A stretch of DNA of 64,000 bases from Chiloscyllium plagiosum (lineage: Eukaryota), in NCBI RefSeq assembly GCF_004010195.1, contig NC_057754.1, forward strand, positions 1,818,306 to 1,882,305. The letters run 5' to 3'. The notes under the pieces were generated by a model, which searched no databases, had not been told where the DNA came from, and saw nothing but the letters and a program-made list of their open reading frames with translations. Both the position numbers and the translations under genes were made by a program. Shown here in pieces: positions 41,010 through 53,340 of this stretch (position 1 is its first letter; each line of letters opens with the position of its first letter).

Positions 41010-41385
41010 AGGAGTAGATGATGGCATAGAGGTAATGTTACTGGTGTGGTAATCCAGAGGCCTCTCTCATGCTCTTGTTTCAAATCCCAAGACAACAGAA
41101 TGGAATTAAAATTAAAAATTTGGAAAATAAAGCTAGTCTTATTAGTGATGACCATGATATCCGTCATCGATTGTTATAAAAATTCATTTGGATTATTAAT
41201 CTCCTTCAGAGAAGGAAATCTGCTGTTCTTGACCTGATCTGACCTACATGTGACCCAAAGCAATGTGGTTAACTCTTAACTGTCCTCTGAAATAGCCAAG
41301 AAATTCACTCAGTTCAAGGGCAACCAGAGATAGGCAGCAAATGCTAACCTTGCTAGTGACACCTGCATCGCATGAAAGAATACAT
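41010..41385 (+). mobile_element. tRNA-headed SINE (family 2) sharing its tail with the second LINE family
   Basis: GAAGGAAATCTGCTGTTCTTGACCTGATCTGACCTACATGTGAC core; other copies at ~33350-33700, 55457-55755, 58615-58910. Confidence 0.75.
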
Positions 41386-41743
41386 AAATGAGAAAGATGT
41401 GATGGAACAAAAAGGCTGGATCTCAAATAATGATGGGACAGAATACAGGATAGAGGTAGAATGTTTGGGAGGTGTGGTGTAAAGATAACAATCTCTCCCT
41501 CAACATCAGCAAAACAAAAGAGCTCATCATTGACTTCAGAAAACAAAGTGGAGGGCACGCCACTATCTACATCAATGGAGCTGAGGTGGAGATGGCCAAG
41601 AACTTCAAGTTGCTTAGGGAGACAATCACCTAACAATCTATCTGGTCCAGCCACCTTGATGTGACAGTCAAGAAAACACAATAATGCCTCTACTTCCTCA
41701 GGAGGCTCAGAAAATTCAGCATGTCTGTGAAGACTCTCACCAT

Positions 41744-42064
41744 GGGCGGCACGGTGGCACAGTGGTTAGCACTGCTGCCTCACAGCGCCAGAGACCCGCA
41801 TTCAATTCCCGACTCAGTCAACTGACTGCGTGGAGTTTGCACATTCTCCCCTTGTCTGCGTGGGTTTCCTCCGGGTGCTCCGGTTTCCTCCCACAGTCCA
41901 AAGATGTGCAGGTCAGGTGAATTGGCCATGCTAAATTGCCCGTAGTGTTAGGTAATAAGGGGTAAATGTAGGGGTATGGGTGGGTTGCGCTTCGGCGGGT
42001 CGGTGTGGACTTGTTGGGCCGTAGGGCCTGTTTCCACACTGTAATGTAATCTAATCTAATCTAA
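41744..42064 (+). mobile_element. Young HE1-type V-SINE
   Basis: GGGCGGCACGGTGGCACAGTGG head, (AATCT)n tail, CpGs retained. Confidence 0.95.
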
Positions 42065-42216
42065 AAACTTTTATAGGTGCACCATAGAAAGCATTCTATC
42101 CGGATGCATCAAGGCTTGGTATGGCAATTGCTCTGCCCAGGACCACAGGAAACTACAAAAAGTTGTGAACACAGACCAGACCATTATGCAAGCCAACCTT
42201 CCATCCACATTAGTGT

Positions 42217-42731
42217 ACATGAGCAAAACTAATATAGTGTACAAAATACCATGCAAGGACTGCACAAAACACTATATAGGACAAACAGGAAGACAGCTAA
42301 CAATCTGCATACATGAACATCAACTAGCCACGAAACGACACGACCAGCTATCCTTAGTAGCCACACACGCAGACAACAAGCAACATGAATTCAACTGGGA
42401 CAACACTACTATCATAGGGCAAGCCAGACAGAGAACAGCCAGGGAATTCCTAGAGGCATGGCATTCATCCACAAACTCCATCAACAAACACATCAACCTG
42501 GACCCAATATACCAACCACTACAGCGGACAGCTGAAACTGACAACCGGAAGCGGCAGGGACAGGCCACTATAAACACCGGAGGAAACATCAAAGAAGCGC
42601 TTCGCAGGAGGCTCCCAAGCACTGATGATGTCGCCTAGCCAGGGGACGAAACGTTTGCAACAAAAACTTCCAGCTCGGCGAACAGAACCACAACAACGAG
42701 CACCTGAGCCACAAATCTTCGCACAAACTTT
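42217..42731 (+). mobile_element. 5'-truncated Penelope-like element (family C) with an uninterrupted GIY-YIG endonuclease domain
   Basis: SKTNIVYKIPCKDCTKHYIGQTGRQLTICIHEH...REFLEAWHS...SINK within ORF 42165-42638. Confidence 0.92.
42619..42658 (+). ncRNA. Minimal type I hammerhead ribozyme (family C)
   Basis: GCA-CUGAUGA-U-GUC(GCCUAGCCAGGG)GAC-GAAA-CG-UU/UGC: stem I GCA:UGC, palindromic AACGUU. Confidence 0.8.
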
Positions 42732-44331
42732 CCAATCTAGTGTTTGCTCTTTGTGAACCTTCTCTGCAGCCGTAACACTATATTTCTCTCTCTGTTCTGT
42801 GATCCTGTGCATTTTGTTTGAAATTACCTGCCTGTACTGCACACAAAACAAAACTTCTCACTCTACACAGGTAAATGTGACTATAATAAATCAAATCAAA
42901 ACAAATCAAATTATTTGCGTGAGTGTCCGACATCCCAAGATCTCCAACAGGTGAAGACCAAGTGCAGACAGGAAGAAGAATGCAAAAACCTGAGCATCCC
43001 ACCCACCCATCTGCCTCTTTAAACATCTGTCTGACCTGTGGAGGATGTGTGGATCTAGCATTGGACTGTTCAGTTACACGAGGGCTCATGTCTCTAGAGT
43101 GGAAGAAAATCATCCTTAGTTTTGATGGAACTGCCTAAGTGGAGGAAAATTTCAATGTACTGTGTCAACTGTTAAGGATATCCTTCTTTTGATAAAGAAT
43201 GTCAGATTCAGTCATCTGCAAGTATGAGTATTTTGGATTTGTAGTCTCAAATGCCTCCGATTCAGCATTGCACTCACCTCTGCTCTTATTTTAATTGAAG
43301 GAAATGGTAGGGTTTGGAGCCTTGGGAGCTTTGTGCTCAGATCAGCCTGAGTAACGCAGGCTAACTTGTGCAGTATTCCTTCATTTCATTTTTTTTTCAT
43401 CTTTTCACTTTATGTTTTTCCACCTGTGATGCATTATTGCCTGCAGGTTAATGCACCAGGAGCTCTCACAGCCTTATCTCACAGAATCAGAATATTGTTC
43501 CCAAATTGTTAACAGGATTCCCTAGCTGAGCCATCTAACTAAAAATCTAATGAAGAAATGAAATATATCACAGCCACACCATCAGTGCAACCTTTCCCCA
43601 CAGGAGACTAGTCTCCTGCTAGTATCTATTTAAAGTGCCATCTGGGGTCTCATTCAAATACTAAGCTGCTCAGCATATGACAGTATTGAGAAGATCATAG
43701 CGGCCACCTCCTTTGGGAGTTTTTTTTACTCTATTGTAACACCATCCACTCTTGCTTGGTGCTTAGATTACCGAACATTGAAATTCAGATGAAGAGAGCC
43801 ATTATCTCAGTCTCTTGGACTTGATGAAGATAGATTTTAGAATTTAACTCTTGTCTCTCCTCTATTAAAGTCAATGAGGTGTTTCTGTGCGCTTAAAGCC
43901 AAAATATTTTTCTCTAACAGAAAACAAAGTGTACTGTGATCATGATAAAATTAGAAATGCTGCAAAGCTTCAGTATAAACAGAGGCTGTTGGATGAATGA
44001 AATACATTGATCAGTTTCTGAAAGAAAAAATGCGGTGTGATGTTTTGACTAGCGATGCTTCACCTGGGTTGATTTAGGAAGGAAGGGGGTGAATAATTCT
44101 TGTAGGATTACTGTGGTAAAGAAGCAGCTTGTGTGTTTAATATTTTAAGACAATTTGATTTTAAGTGTGGAAAAAGTCAAAATGACCTCAATAAAAGACT
44201 GAGATCAATTCTAAAGCAAGGTCACAGGACCTTGAGACATTAACTGTTTTCTCTCCATAGATGCTGCCACACCTGCTTAGTTTCTCTAGTAATTTCTGTT
44301 TTTGTTTCAGATTTCCAGCATACACTGATTC

Positions 44332-45152
44332 TTAGAATCATACAGTGCAGAAATGCCCCTTTGGGCCATCAAGTCCACACAGTCATAACTACCACTAAAG
44401 GTGCTGTAATCCCAACTTCTTGCATTTGTCCCATATCCTTGAATGTTATGATATCTGAAGTGCTCATCCAAATATTTTTTGAAGATTCTAAGATTGCCGA
44501 TCTCCACTACCATCCCAGGCAGTGCATTCCAGATTCCCCCCACCTGTTGAGTGAAAACATTTTTTCCCAAATCCCCTCTGAATCTCCTGTCCCCTCCCCT
44601 AAAACTATGCCTCTTATGATTGACACCTCAACCAAGGGGAACAGCTGCTCTCTATTCATCCTGTTCATACTCCTCATTATCTATACACTCAATGGTGTCC
44701 CCCCTCAGTCTTTTCTGCTCTAATGAAAACAATCCAAGCCTATTTAGTCTCTTCTTATAGCTCATTTTCACTATCCTAGGCAACATCCTGGTGAACCTCC
44801 TCTGTACCCCCTCGAGTGCTATCACATCCTTCCTGTGGTGAGGTGACCAGAACTGCACACAGTACTCCAGTTGTGGTCTGATCAAAGCTCTCTATAAATT
44901 CAACATTATGTCCTTGCTCTTTTACTCTACACTATGACTGATGAAAGCAAGTGTTCCTATGTCTTCTTAACTATACTATTCATGTGCTCTGCCCACTTCA
45001 GAGATCTGTGGATAGTTACCCCAAAATTCCCTCTGTTCCTCTATACTGTGTTCTGCCCTTCATTAAATATTCCCATGTCTTGTTTCTTCTTCCAAAATGC
45101 ATCACCTCACACTAATCAGGGTTAAATACCATCTGTCATTAGTCTGCCCATT
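44332..45152 (-). mobile_element. CR1-type LINE 3' fragment
   Basis: IRPQLEYCVQFWSPHHRKDVIALEGVQRRFTRMLP. Confidence 0.9.
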
Positions 45153-45839
45153 CGCAGTTCTTTGTTTTTTTTGTTAAGATTACCCGAGTCAGGTTGTGAA
45201 TAGGAATACAACAGATACAAGATGAGTTAAGCCACTCCAAAAGCAACAGTCTCAAATTGGAATAGAGCTGATTTTTATGTAAGCCAGATTTTTCAGCTAA
45301 TACTTTTGTTTTGGTCGTACAGTTAACATCAGACTTACATAGCCTGAACCAGGGGTGCATGACTGCCATTGACAGCTATTTTAACATCCTTAACCGGCTA
45401 TTGGCTTTTAGATGTTAAACTGTGAGGATGGATTGTTGCATTGATGTTCTTACTGTATTTTTGAATTCAGAAAGAAAATCCAAATCAGTAAAGTGACACT
45501 GTTTTGGAGGGCTGGTGGGAACTCTGGTGAGTTTTGTTCATGTAGCTTTGAGGGTTGCTAATATTTAGAATTTTAGAAAGCAGTGTTTAGAGCAGCAATT
45601 AAAACCATTAATTGAAACTTTGTTTCTCCTCTTTCCCAGGGAAATTTCAAATTTGTTCTGACCTCTTGAAGATCTGCTGTTCTTGATAACACGACCCTTT
45701 TCCGTGGAAGATGTGTTTGATTACTTCTCCTTATGTCACAGTTACAAACTATATCAACCCCTTAGAATCTTCCTTTATTCCTTCCACTTTCTGGCTTTAA
45801 AAACACCAGCTTGGCATCACCGAACTACAACCTTGCGCT

Positions 45840-46198
45840 TAAAGATGTACAGCATGGAAACAGACCCTTTGGTCCAACTCATCCATACTGACCAGATATC
45901 CAAACCCAATCTAGTCCCACTACCAGCACCCAGCTCATATCCTTCCAAACCCTTCCTGTTCATATACCCATCCAGATACTTTTTAAATGTTGCAATTGTA
46001 CCAGCCTCCACCACTTCCTCTGGCAGCTCATTCCATACACGTACACCCTCTGTGTGAAAAAGTTGCCTCTTAGGTCTCTTTTATATCTTCCCCTCTCACC
46101 CTAAACCTATGCCCTCTAGTTCTGGACTCCCCCACCCCAGAGAAAAGACTTTGTCTGTTTATCCTATCCATGCCCCTCATGATTTTATAAACCTCCTT
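45840..46198 (-). mobile_element. CR1/HER1-type LINE 3' end
   Basis: EVYKIMRGMDRINRQSLF...SRTRGHRFRVRG; tail shared with the HE1 3' end. Confidence 0.9.
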
Positions 46199-46989
46199 AA
46201 TCTTATTTTCTTCCATTCTGCACATATTTTTCAGTATTCTCTCAATTTTATATGAACATTGAGTTGTGGATTGAAAACTTTCCAATTTAAATAACCAGTA
46301 TCATCATTAAATATTTCTGTATCTGATGCTGTGCTTGCTCTGTTCCAAACAACATGCCTCAGTCGCAGTTCATCATGTTCTGCACCAGTATATTTTCCAT
46401 TTCCCACACTAATCAGTTGGTTCCACTGAACATGATTGTCAATCATTGCTGAATTAAGGCCTATCTTGTGCTTTAATCCACTAGAAACTCAACTGAGATT
46501 GCTCAGAATGCTCACAAAGGATCCAGTGCAGTCAGCAAATAAATTGGATTTCCATTCAGACAGTCTGGGGAGGATTGGTCCCAGAAGTGAAAGGCCAACA
46601 CATAATCCAGTGTGCCACCAAATTTCCTTAGCACGAGCCTTCTACATGATTTCTCTGAACAACTATCTGACAGAGCTCTCTGGATAATCAATGCAATTAC
46701 CCTGACTGCAACTTCAAGAGGATTAAAATAGATTTTCATTGCTGTAATGGTTGTAGATTGAATAGAGTGGTCTGCGATGATTGAGCCAAGATAGGTTGCA
46801 GGGACCATGACTGTCTCTGTCAGTTTGAGGTGGGCAAAAAAAGTTTTGGAAGACTCCTCCATTTTTTGCCTGAAGACTCTGCCATTTGTCTTTGGCCTTC
46901 TTTTCTGTGCAATTTAGAGATTCTTCTTCAAAGTAATTGTGTCTCTTTCTCCAATTACCAGGCCCTCTGGCCAAGAAGGTCAAATATGA

Positions 46990-47004
46990 ACACACACACA
47001 CACA

Positions 47005-47072
<68 letters not shown>
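46990..47072. repeat. Compound (CA)n/(CT)n microsatellite
   Basis: Direct observation. Confidence 0.95.
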
Positions 47073-47073
<1 letters not shown>

Positions 47074-47195
47074 CAAAAGTGAGGACTGCAGATGCTGGAG
47101 ATAAGAGTCGAGAGTGTCATGCTGGAAAAGCACAGCAGGTCAGGGAGCATCCAAGGAGCAGGAGAATCAACGTTTCGGCAAAAGCCCTTCATCAG
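47073..47195 (-). mobile_element. PLE family-A pLTR ending exactly at the hammerhead core
   Basis: Minus strand CTGATGAAGGGCTTTTGCCGAAACGTTGATTCTCC; inserted within a CA tract. Confidence 0.85.
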
Positions 47196-47663
47196 ACAGA
47201 CACACACACACCATACATGCCACCATGCAGTTTTGAACAAGTTGAGTATGATTTTGGAACTTGTTTCTTGATAATTTTACTAAATGCAAAGCAGACAGAT
47301 ATCTTCTGGTTTCAGTTGTATTTAATGAAAAGAATCGACATGCAAATATGAATTGATATGTTCTACAGAAGCAGGCAAGTTGATTTTAATGTACTATTTC
47401 TATCAGGTTTGAAATTGGGTAAAAGCTGGAAGCCATGACAGAGGAGGATATAATTCTAGCAGGTTGCATGCCACAAAAGGTTGGGAACGCGATGGGCACA
47501 AAAAGAAATACTCAATAGAACCTAGAAAATTGCTTTGATTACCTGGCTCTCAAGAGTGGCAGTCAATTTCTTTTGGCTATTTGGCAAATCTTTCCAGCTC
47601 CAAAGTGGACTGTTTTCTCTCCTTCACAATTAATGACCTCAAGCATTCCCAGGTTCATATACT

Positions 47664-47864
47664 AGGAGAAAGTGAGGTCTGCAGATGCTGGAGATCAAAG
47701 TTGAAACTTTATTGCTGGAACAGCACAGCAGGTCAGGCAGCATCCAGGGAACAGGAGAAACTCTCTGCTCATTCCTGAAGAAGGGCCTGTGCCCGAAACG
47801 TCGAATCTCCTGTTCCCTGGATGCTGCCTGACCTGCTGTGCTGTTCCAGCAATAAAGTTTCAAC
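47664..47864. mobile_element. Young fold-back PLE insertion, family A, with perfect 59-bp arms and 14-15 bp TSD
   Basis: Arms 47700-47758 and 47806-47864; TSD CAGGTTCATATACT at 47650-47663 and 47865-47878. Confidence 0.92.
47771..47806 (+). ncRNA. Minimal type I hammerhead ribozyme (family A), intact
   Basis: AUUC-CUGAAGA-A-GGGC(CUGU)GCCC-GAAA-CG-UC/GAAU; predicted cleavage after 47802. Confidence 0.85.
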
Positions 47865-48639
47865 CAGGTTCATATACTGCCTTGCTGCTTTTTCCTAGCT
47901 TCAGAGAATCTAAAGGTCTCCATCTTAATGAGGATTACCCTCAGTAGTGAGAGAACCACAAAAATTAAAGTACTTGCGGTAAAGAATAGGTGAGTAATGA
48001 TAAATAGAATAAAGGATGGAAGATGTGTCATTCATCTACTTAGGTGCTGGTCATGGGTAAATGGTAGTCTATGTCAATGGAGTACCATATATGATATTAG
48101 AAAGTGATTTAGCATGAAGCGATTATTTCAGTTTAGATTAATTCTTAATCCTTGGGTGCATGTTTCTACTGAAGGTAAATTGTGGAAAAGGTATAGCTTC
48201 CAGATTAAAAGGAATAACATTGACTTTCAAAACTGCTGTTAGACTATATTGAGGATGATAAATTTTATAATTACTTAAAATCAAATGTTAGAATTATAGA
48301 AATGGTTCATTCATTATATGTGTGATTCACCAGTTACATTTTAAACTTTCTTCCCTTTCTCCCATTTCTCTTGAAGGCAAGATTCCACAGATTCTCCCTA
48401 ACTCTCTATTACTACTAATAAAGATCTCTCAGAAGGAGGAACACAACCAAAGCTTATCAAAAACATATTAAGCGAACCTAAAAACTGAACCTTCAGAGAT
48501 ATTATATAAATTAAATCCTGACAGTGTGTGATTGGTGTGCACTGCAGCAACTGGTCATCATAGCAAACAGTAGCCAGGACGTTCTGGTGGGATTTACCTG
48601 GAAAGGGAGTGAGAGCTAAGTATGTAACTAGACAGAAGA

Positions 48640-48745
48640 GGCTGATGTGGTAGTGCCCCTACTTCAGAGCCAGAAAGCCTGTGTTCAAGTCCACTTGCTC
48701 CAGAAGCATGCCATAATATATTTGAATGCATTGATTAAAATATAT
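48640..48745 (+). mobile_element. Short (~110 bp) tRNA-headed SINE (family 4)
   Basis: GTGGTAGTGCCCCTAC...GTTCAAGTCC; two minus-strand relatives at 58172-58415. Confidence 0.55.
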
Positions 48746-51039
48746 CTATAACTGGCTGGAATTCAGGGCTTGTACCACTGTCTCCATATTTCCAGTGGTC
48801 ACAGATCCATTTCTGGGTTGTTTCTTTCTGCCATTAATAAGTGTTTGACGTTTGCTGTAGACCTGCATGATTTCACAGAAGGCATAATCTTTTTCTATGT
48901 GTTTACTTTCTGAAATTTCTGTTCATTTTACCCTTGATTCAGCTCTCTGATATTTTCCCAATTACAAATTGCAGATTGACGTACAGCCCACCTGGCTTAT
49001 TAGATTACAATCATGCTCAGGGTGTCTTTTCAGGCTGTCATGAGAGACAGAAGTAACATCAGTCAATCAGCTGTGCACAGATGCATTAAACAAAACCACA
49101 GAGGCATTACTTACTAGAATAAGTAATTTCATCTTCATCCCTGTTGGCAGTTGGTGGCAGCACAATGTACCTTGCAATTTTAGTGACTAGCAGCATTCCT
49201 TGGTGCAGGGAGTTTAAGACTGTATTCACATGCCTTCTGGGTTCAATACCCATGTCAAGAGGAAGGCTCAACTTGTTTCTGACAGCAGTGCTGCAATTTG
49301 CAGTTAGGTGAATGCTCATGTCCCTGGGAGTTATCATAATGCTTTCATTTTAAAATATCCACTGTGCTTTTGTGTCCTGAAACAAAAGTGCATGGAAAGG
49401 TTGAGTAAAGAATAATCCCAGCTGGAGCATCTCCAGAAACAGTGTTCATTGTCACTGGTAACAATAGGAAGCAATTAAAGCTGGCAAAGATGGATCACTG
49501 TACACGTCAGGCATGCTTAGCTGCAGCGCATCCTTGGAAAATGTGGCTGACCCTCCTTACCTGATCTGAAAAAATTGTTCAGATTCTTTCAGCTTGCACT
49601 AATTACCCTGGCTACACTTTCCACCTCCGAGAAGTCTAGTTTCTCCGATCTTTGAGTCATTAAAACAATTTTGGCAATGTTTGTTTGCCTCCATAAAGCT
49701 ACTGCAAGGTTTTGAAATTTTACAATGACTTTCAATTTCAGGCATCTCAATAGGCAAGTTTTGATGCCTGGGTATGAATGGCTTGCAGGTGGGAAACAGC
49801 AAGCTGCTAATGGGTCATTGTTGGCGTGGAAGCAGGTAGCAGAGTGCTTCAGCTGCTCACCCTGAAGCTGGCCAGCATGCTACTCACTGCTCACCCACTG
49901 GAGGAGGATCAAAGCCACCTCTGGTTCTTCACATGTGCTTCCTCTGAGGGTGGAAGAGCTGCTTTCTGTACATTTGCAAGTGTGAATGTAAGCTGTTTGA
50001 GCAATGGAGATTCGGTGTCAGAGCGACCCACTTCCAGGTTGCAGGTGTATCTCAGAATTCCACTAATAGCCAATTAACAGCTTCTGCTTCCCTTAAAGAT
50101 GTTGCAGGTGCTGCTGTTAATGGGCAATTAACAGTTTGCTGGTGTTCTGAGTTGTCACATTAACAGGAAAACTGAAGTGTCGACAAGATAGCGTGTCCGC
50201 TCAGATATGTGGTGACTTTAAAACTGGGGAATGGCATGTTCTTATCTGTGCCAACCTTTTGTAATACAAGAAATTGACAGTGAAGGAGTGGCAAGGCTTT
50301 TCAACATTCAATCATACCCCAATGCTCTCTTTTTGATATTTGAGTTTACTGCTCGTTTCACACTTTTTTTCCCAGGGAATCCTCTTTCTCCTCTTCAAAT
50401 TGCGCTGTACCAGTGTAAGTTGTTACTTCAGTACCTCATGTGTGTTCTATTAAAGCTTTCTAATGGGCTAAAGCCTTCAATCTTATCAACCCAAAGCAAC
50501 TGTTTCTGAATGCATGTGACATTCATAACAAAATAAATTCACATATTGTGTCCATTACAGGAAATAAATGTCATGGTAGGCAGTATGGAGGAAGGCTTCA
50601 GGATGACAAGGAATGGGTCATGAATATTAAGTATAAGACATTTAACAAAAATAGGAAGTTATGTAAAGGTGGAGAAATAGCACTGTAAATTAAAAATGTC
50701 ATTTTACCATAATTAAAGATGATCTTGGCTTAGGAAATCAGGATGTTGAATCTGTTTGAGTGGAGATGTAGAATAGTAGTGGAAAGAAGTCACTACTGGG
50801 AGTGGCCCATTGCACCCCCCCCCCCCCCCCCCAAACGGTAACTATAAAATGGGACAAAACACAGAAGAAAAGATATTGGATGCTTCTAATAAAGGAATAA
50901 CAATAATTACAAATGATTTTAATCCACATATAAAGGGGAAAAATCAAAGTGGAGTAGCCTAGATGGAGAGTCAAGGAAGGCTTTTGAGACAGTTTATTTG
51001 ATCAGTACAGTTTTCAACCAACCAGGAAACAGGTTATCT

Positions 51040-52150
51040 GAAAGAAAAACATAAAATGTTGGAGAAACTTAGTAGGTCTGACAGTATATTTGGGGAGAGA
51101 AACAGTTAATGTTTCAAATCTGATATATTTGTCTTCAGAACTGAAATGGGCTGTGTGCAGTTGACAGAGGTGAGGGTGCCCACAGCAAAGACAAAGGGAG
51201 TGCTAACCATAGTAGAAGTGAATTGAAATATAAAAGAGATGTAATGATGGGGGTGAAAGGAGAAAATGGCTCTGCTCTCCTGAGATCAAAACCAAGAAGT
51301 CACAGGAAGACTCTGGGGAAAGTAAGTGGGGTTTGTACTCAAAATGGAAGACAGTGGTCATGCTCTGAAATTATTGAACTCTGAAGTCATTGGCAGAAAT
51401 AAGATTCCTTGTGCTTCATTGCAACTCTGCAGCAGACCCAGGGCTGAAGTAGCGTCATAGAGATGTACAGCACAGAAACAGACCCTTTGGTCCAACTCGT
51501 CCATTACGACCAGATATTCCAACCTAATCTAGTCCCACTTGTCAGGACCTAGCCCATATCCCTCTAAAGCCTTCCTATTCATACACACATCCGGATGCCT
51601 TTTAAATGGTGCAATTATACCAGCCTCTACCACTTCCTCTGGCAGCTCATTCCATACATGCGCCACCCTCTGTGTGAAAAAGTTGCCCCTTAGGTCTCTT
51701 TTATGTTGTTCCCCTGCCACCCTAAACCTATGTCCTCTAGTTCTGGACTCCCCCACCCCAGGGAAAAGATCTTGTCTATTTACCCTATCCATGCCCTTCG
51801 TGATTTTATAAACCTCTGTAAGGTCACCCCTCAGCCTCCGACGCTCCAGGAAAAACAGCCCAGCCTATTCAACCTCTCCCTATAGCTCAGATCCTCCAAC
51901 CCAGGCAACACCCTTGTAAATCTTTTCTGAACCCTTTCAAGTTTCACAACATCCTTCCGATGGGAAAGAGACCAGAATTGTACGCAATATTCCAACAGTG
52001 GCCTAACCAATGTCCTGAAATATTAGCATGGAAACAAGACAGTTCATTTCAATGGTTCTTTTAATGTTCCTGGACCCAAAACATTAACTCTGATTTCTCT
52101 CCACAAATGCTGCCAGACCTGCTCAGTTTTCCAGCAGTTTTTTTGGTTTT
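51040..52150 (-). mobile_element. Old PLE 3' remnant with inverted family-D termini, interrupted by CR1
   Basis: Family-D pLTR in opposite orientations at ~51045-51140 and ~52075-52150. Confidence 0.5.
51456..52017 (-). mobile_element. CR1/HER1-type LINE 3' fragment, relatively young
   Basis: MDRVNRQDLFPGVGESRTRGHRF...LRGNFFTQRVAHVWNELPEEVVEAG. Confidence 0.92.
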
Positions 52151-52515
52151 TTGTTAATGGCCTGTTGTCTGACTGATAGTATCTAACAAGTACTATGCTG
52201 CAAAGGTCTGTGCTGAGATCTCAACTTTTTACAATTGATTTCAGTGACTTGAATGAGGGGAGCAAGACACAGTACATAGATTTGGAGTTGACATCAAGAG
52301 AGGCAGAAAAGTATGCTCTGAAGAAAACAGAACAAAATTGGAGATGAATACAAATAGATTGAATGGGCAAAAATATGGCAGAGTATAATTTGGGGAAAAT
52401 AAAGTTCAGTTTGGCAGAAAGAATAAAAAAGAGTATTACTTAAATGGAGAACAACTGCAAGATTCTGAAGTGTAGAGGGATTTAGGTGCTTTAGTGCATG
52501 AATCACATTTTTAGA

Positions 52516-52688
52516 TGTTATGTTTGTACTACCCTTGGAACCAGGTGGGCAAATGGTAAATAAGAACAGGATTTATTAAAGATCTTCAGCCTCCACAGCT
52601 AGTTCCAGGCTGGACTCAAGCTCTGCCCCTTCAGGTCCCCTGTTCCAGCTCCCCTAAAGGGGCAGCACCCTCAACTACATACATAACA
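52516..52688. mobile_element. Probable solo LTR inside a CR1 fragment (~52180-52915)
   Basis: TGTTATGT...ACATAACA terminal inverted repeats (TG..CA) and internal TTTATT; no clean TSD. Confidence 0.55.
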
Positions 52689-53183
52689 ATTAGTATGTTG
52701 GTGCAGCACAGAAACAATATCATCAACAGGATGCTGCCTTATATTCTGAAAGAAATGCACCATAAAATAAGAATGTTCTGTTTCAGTTATACAGGGCATT
52801 GATGAGACTCCATTTTGAATACTCTGTAGTTTTGGTCTCCTTATTTAAGAAAGGATGGCATGGAAATAGTTTGGAGGTTTACTAGATGGATACCTGGAAT
52901 GAATAGATTGTTTTTCGGATGCCATTCTTCAGCCAGTTTCATTCACTCCAGATCAGATTAAGAAATGGCCGAAGGCACTGGAAACTACAAGACTGTGAGC
53001 CCTGATGACTTTCTACCAATGGTAGTGAAGACTTCTGTTCCAGAGGTAGCCTCACCACTGTCCAAGCTGCTTTAATAGCTAAAACCATGGCATCTCCCTG
53101 GCATTGTCCTGTTAACAAGGAAAAAGTCCAATTATTGCCCTTTGAGCCTTTTTTGATCATCAACAAAGTGATGGAAGGAGTTG

Positions 53184-53340
53184 AGGAGAAAGTGAGGTCT
53201 GCAGATGCTGGAGATCGGAGCTGAAAATGTGTTGCTGGAAAAGGAATCCTGAAGAAGGGCTTATGCCCGAAAGGTCGATTCTCCTGTTCCCTGGATGCTG
53301 CCTGACCTGCTGCGCTTTTCCATCAACACATTTTCAGCTC
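53184..53340. mobile_element. Fold-back PLE insertion, family A, with perfect 15-bp TSD
   Basis: TSD TGATGGAAGGAGTTG at 53169-53183 and 53341-53355; arms 53218-53243 and 53315-53340. Confidence 0.92.
53244..53281 (+). ncRNA. Minimal hammerhead ribozyme (family A) with mutated stem-III palindrome
   Basis: GAAUC-CUGAAGA-A-GGGC(UUAU)GCCC-GAAA-GG-UC/GAUUC. Confidence 0.7.

Larger units (their letters stand above)
41400..42910 (+). mobile_element. Rex1/Babar-type LINE 3' fragment, interrupted by HE1 and by a Penelope fragment
   Basis: NLSLNISKTKELIIDFRKQ...LYFLRRLRKFSMS...RCTIESILSGCIKAWYGNC; AATAAA followed by (TCAAA)n tail. Confidence 0.8.

Noticed and set aside
41744..41815. tRNA genes
   Set aside because: All tRNA-like segments are SINE heads followed by SINE bodies
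45620..45780. Strong acceptor TTTCTCCTCTTTCCCAG
   Set aside because: All frames close quickly and no clear donor follows
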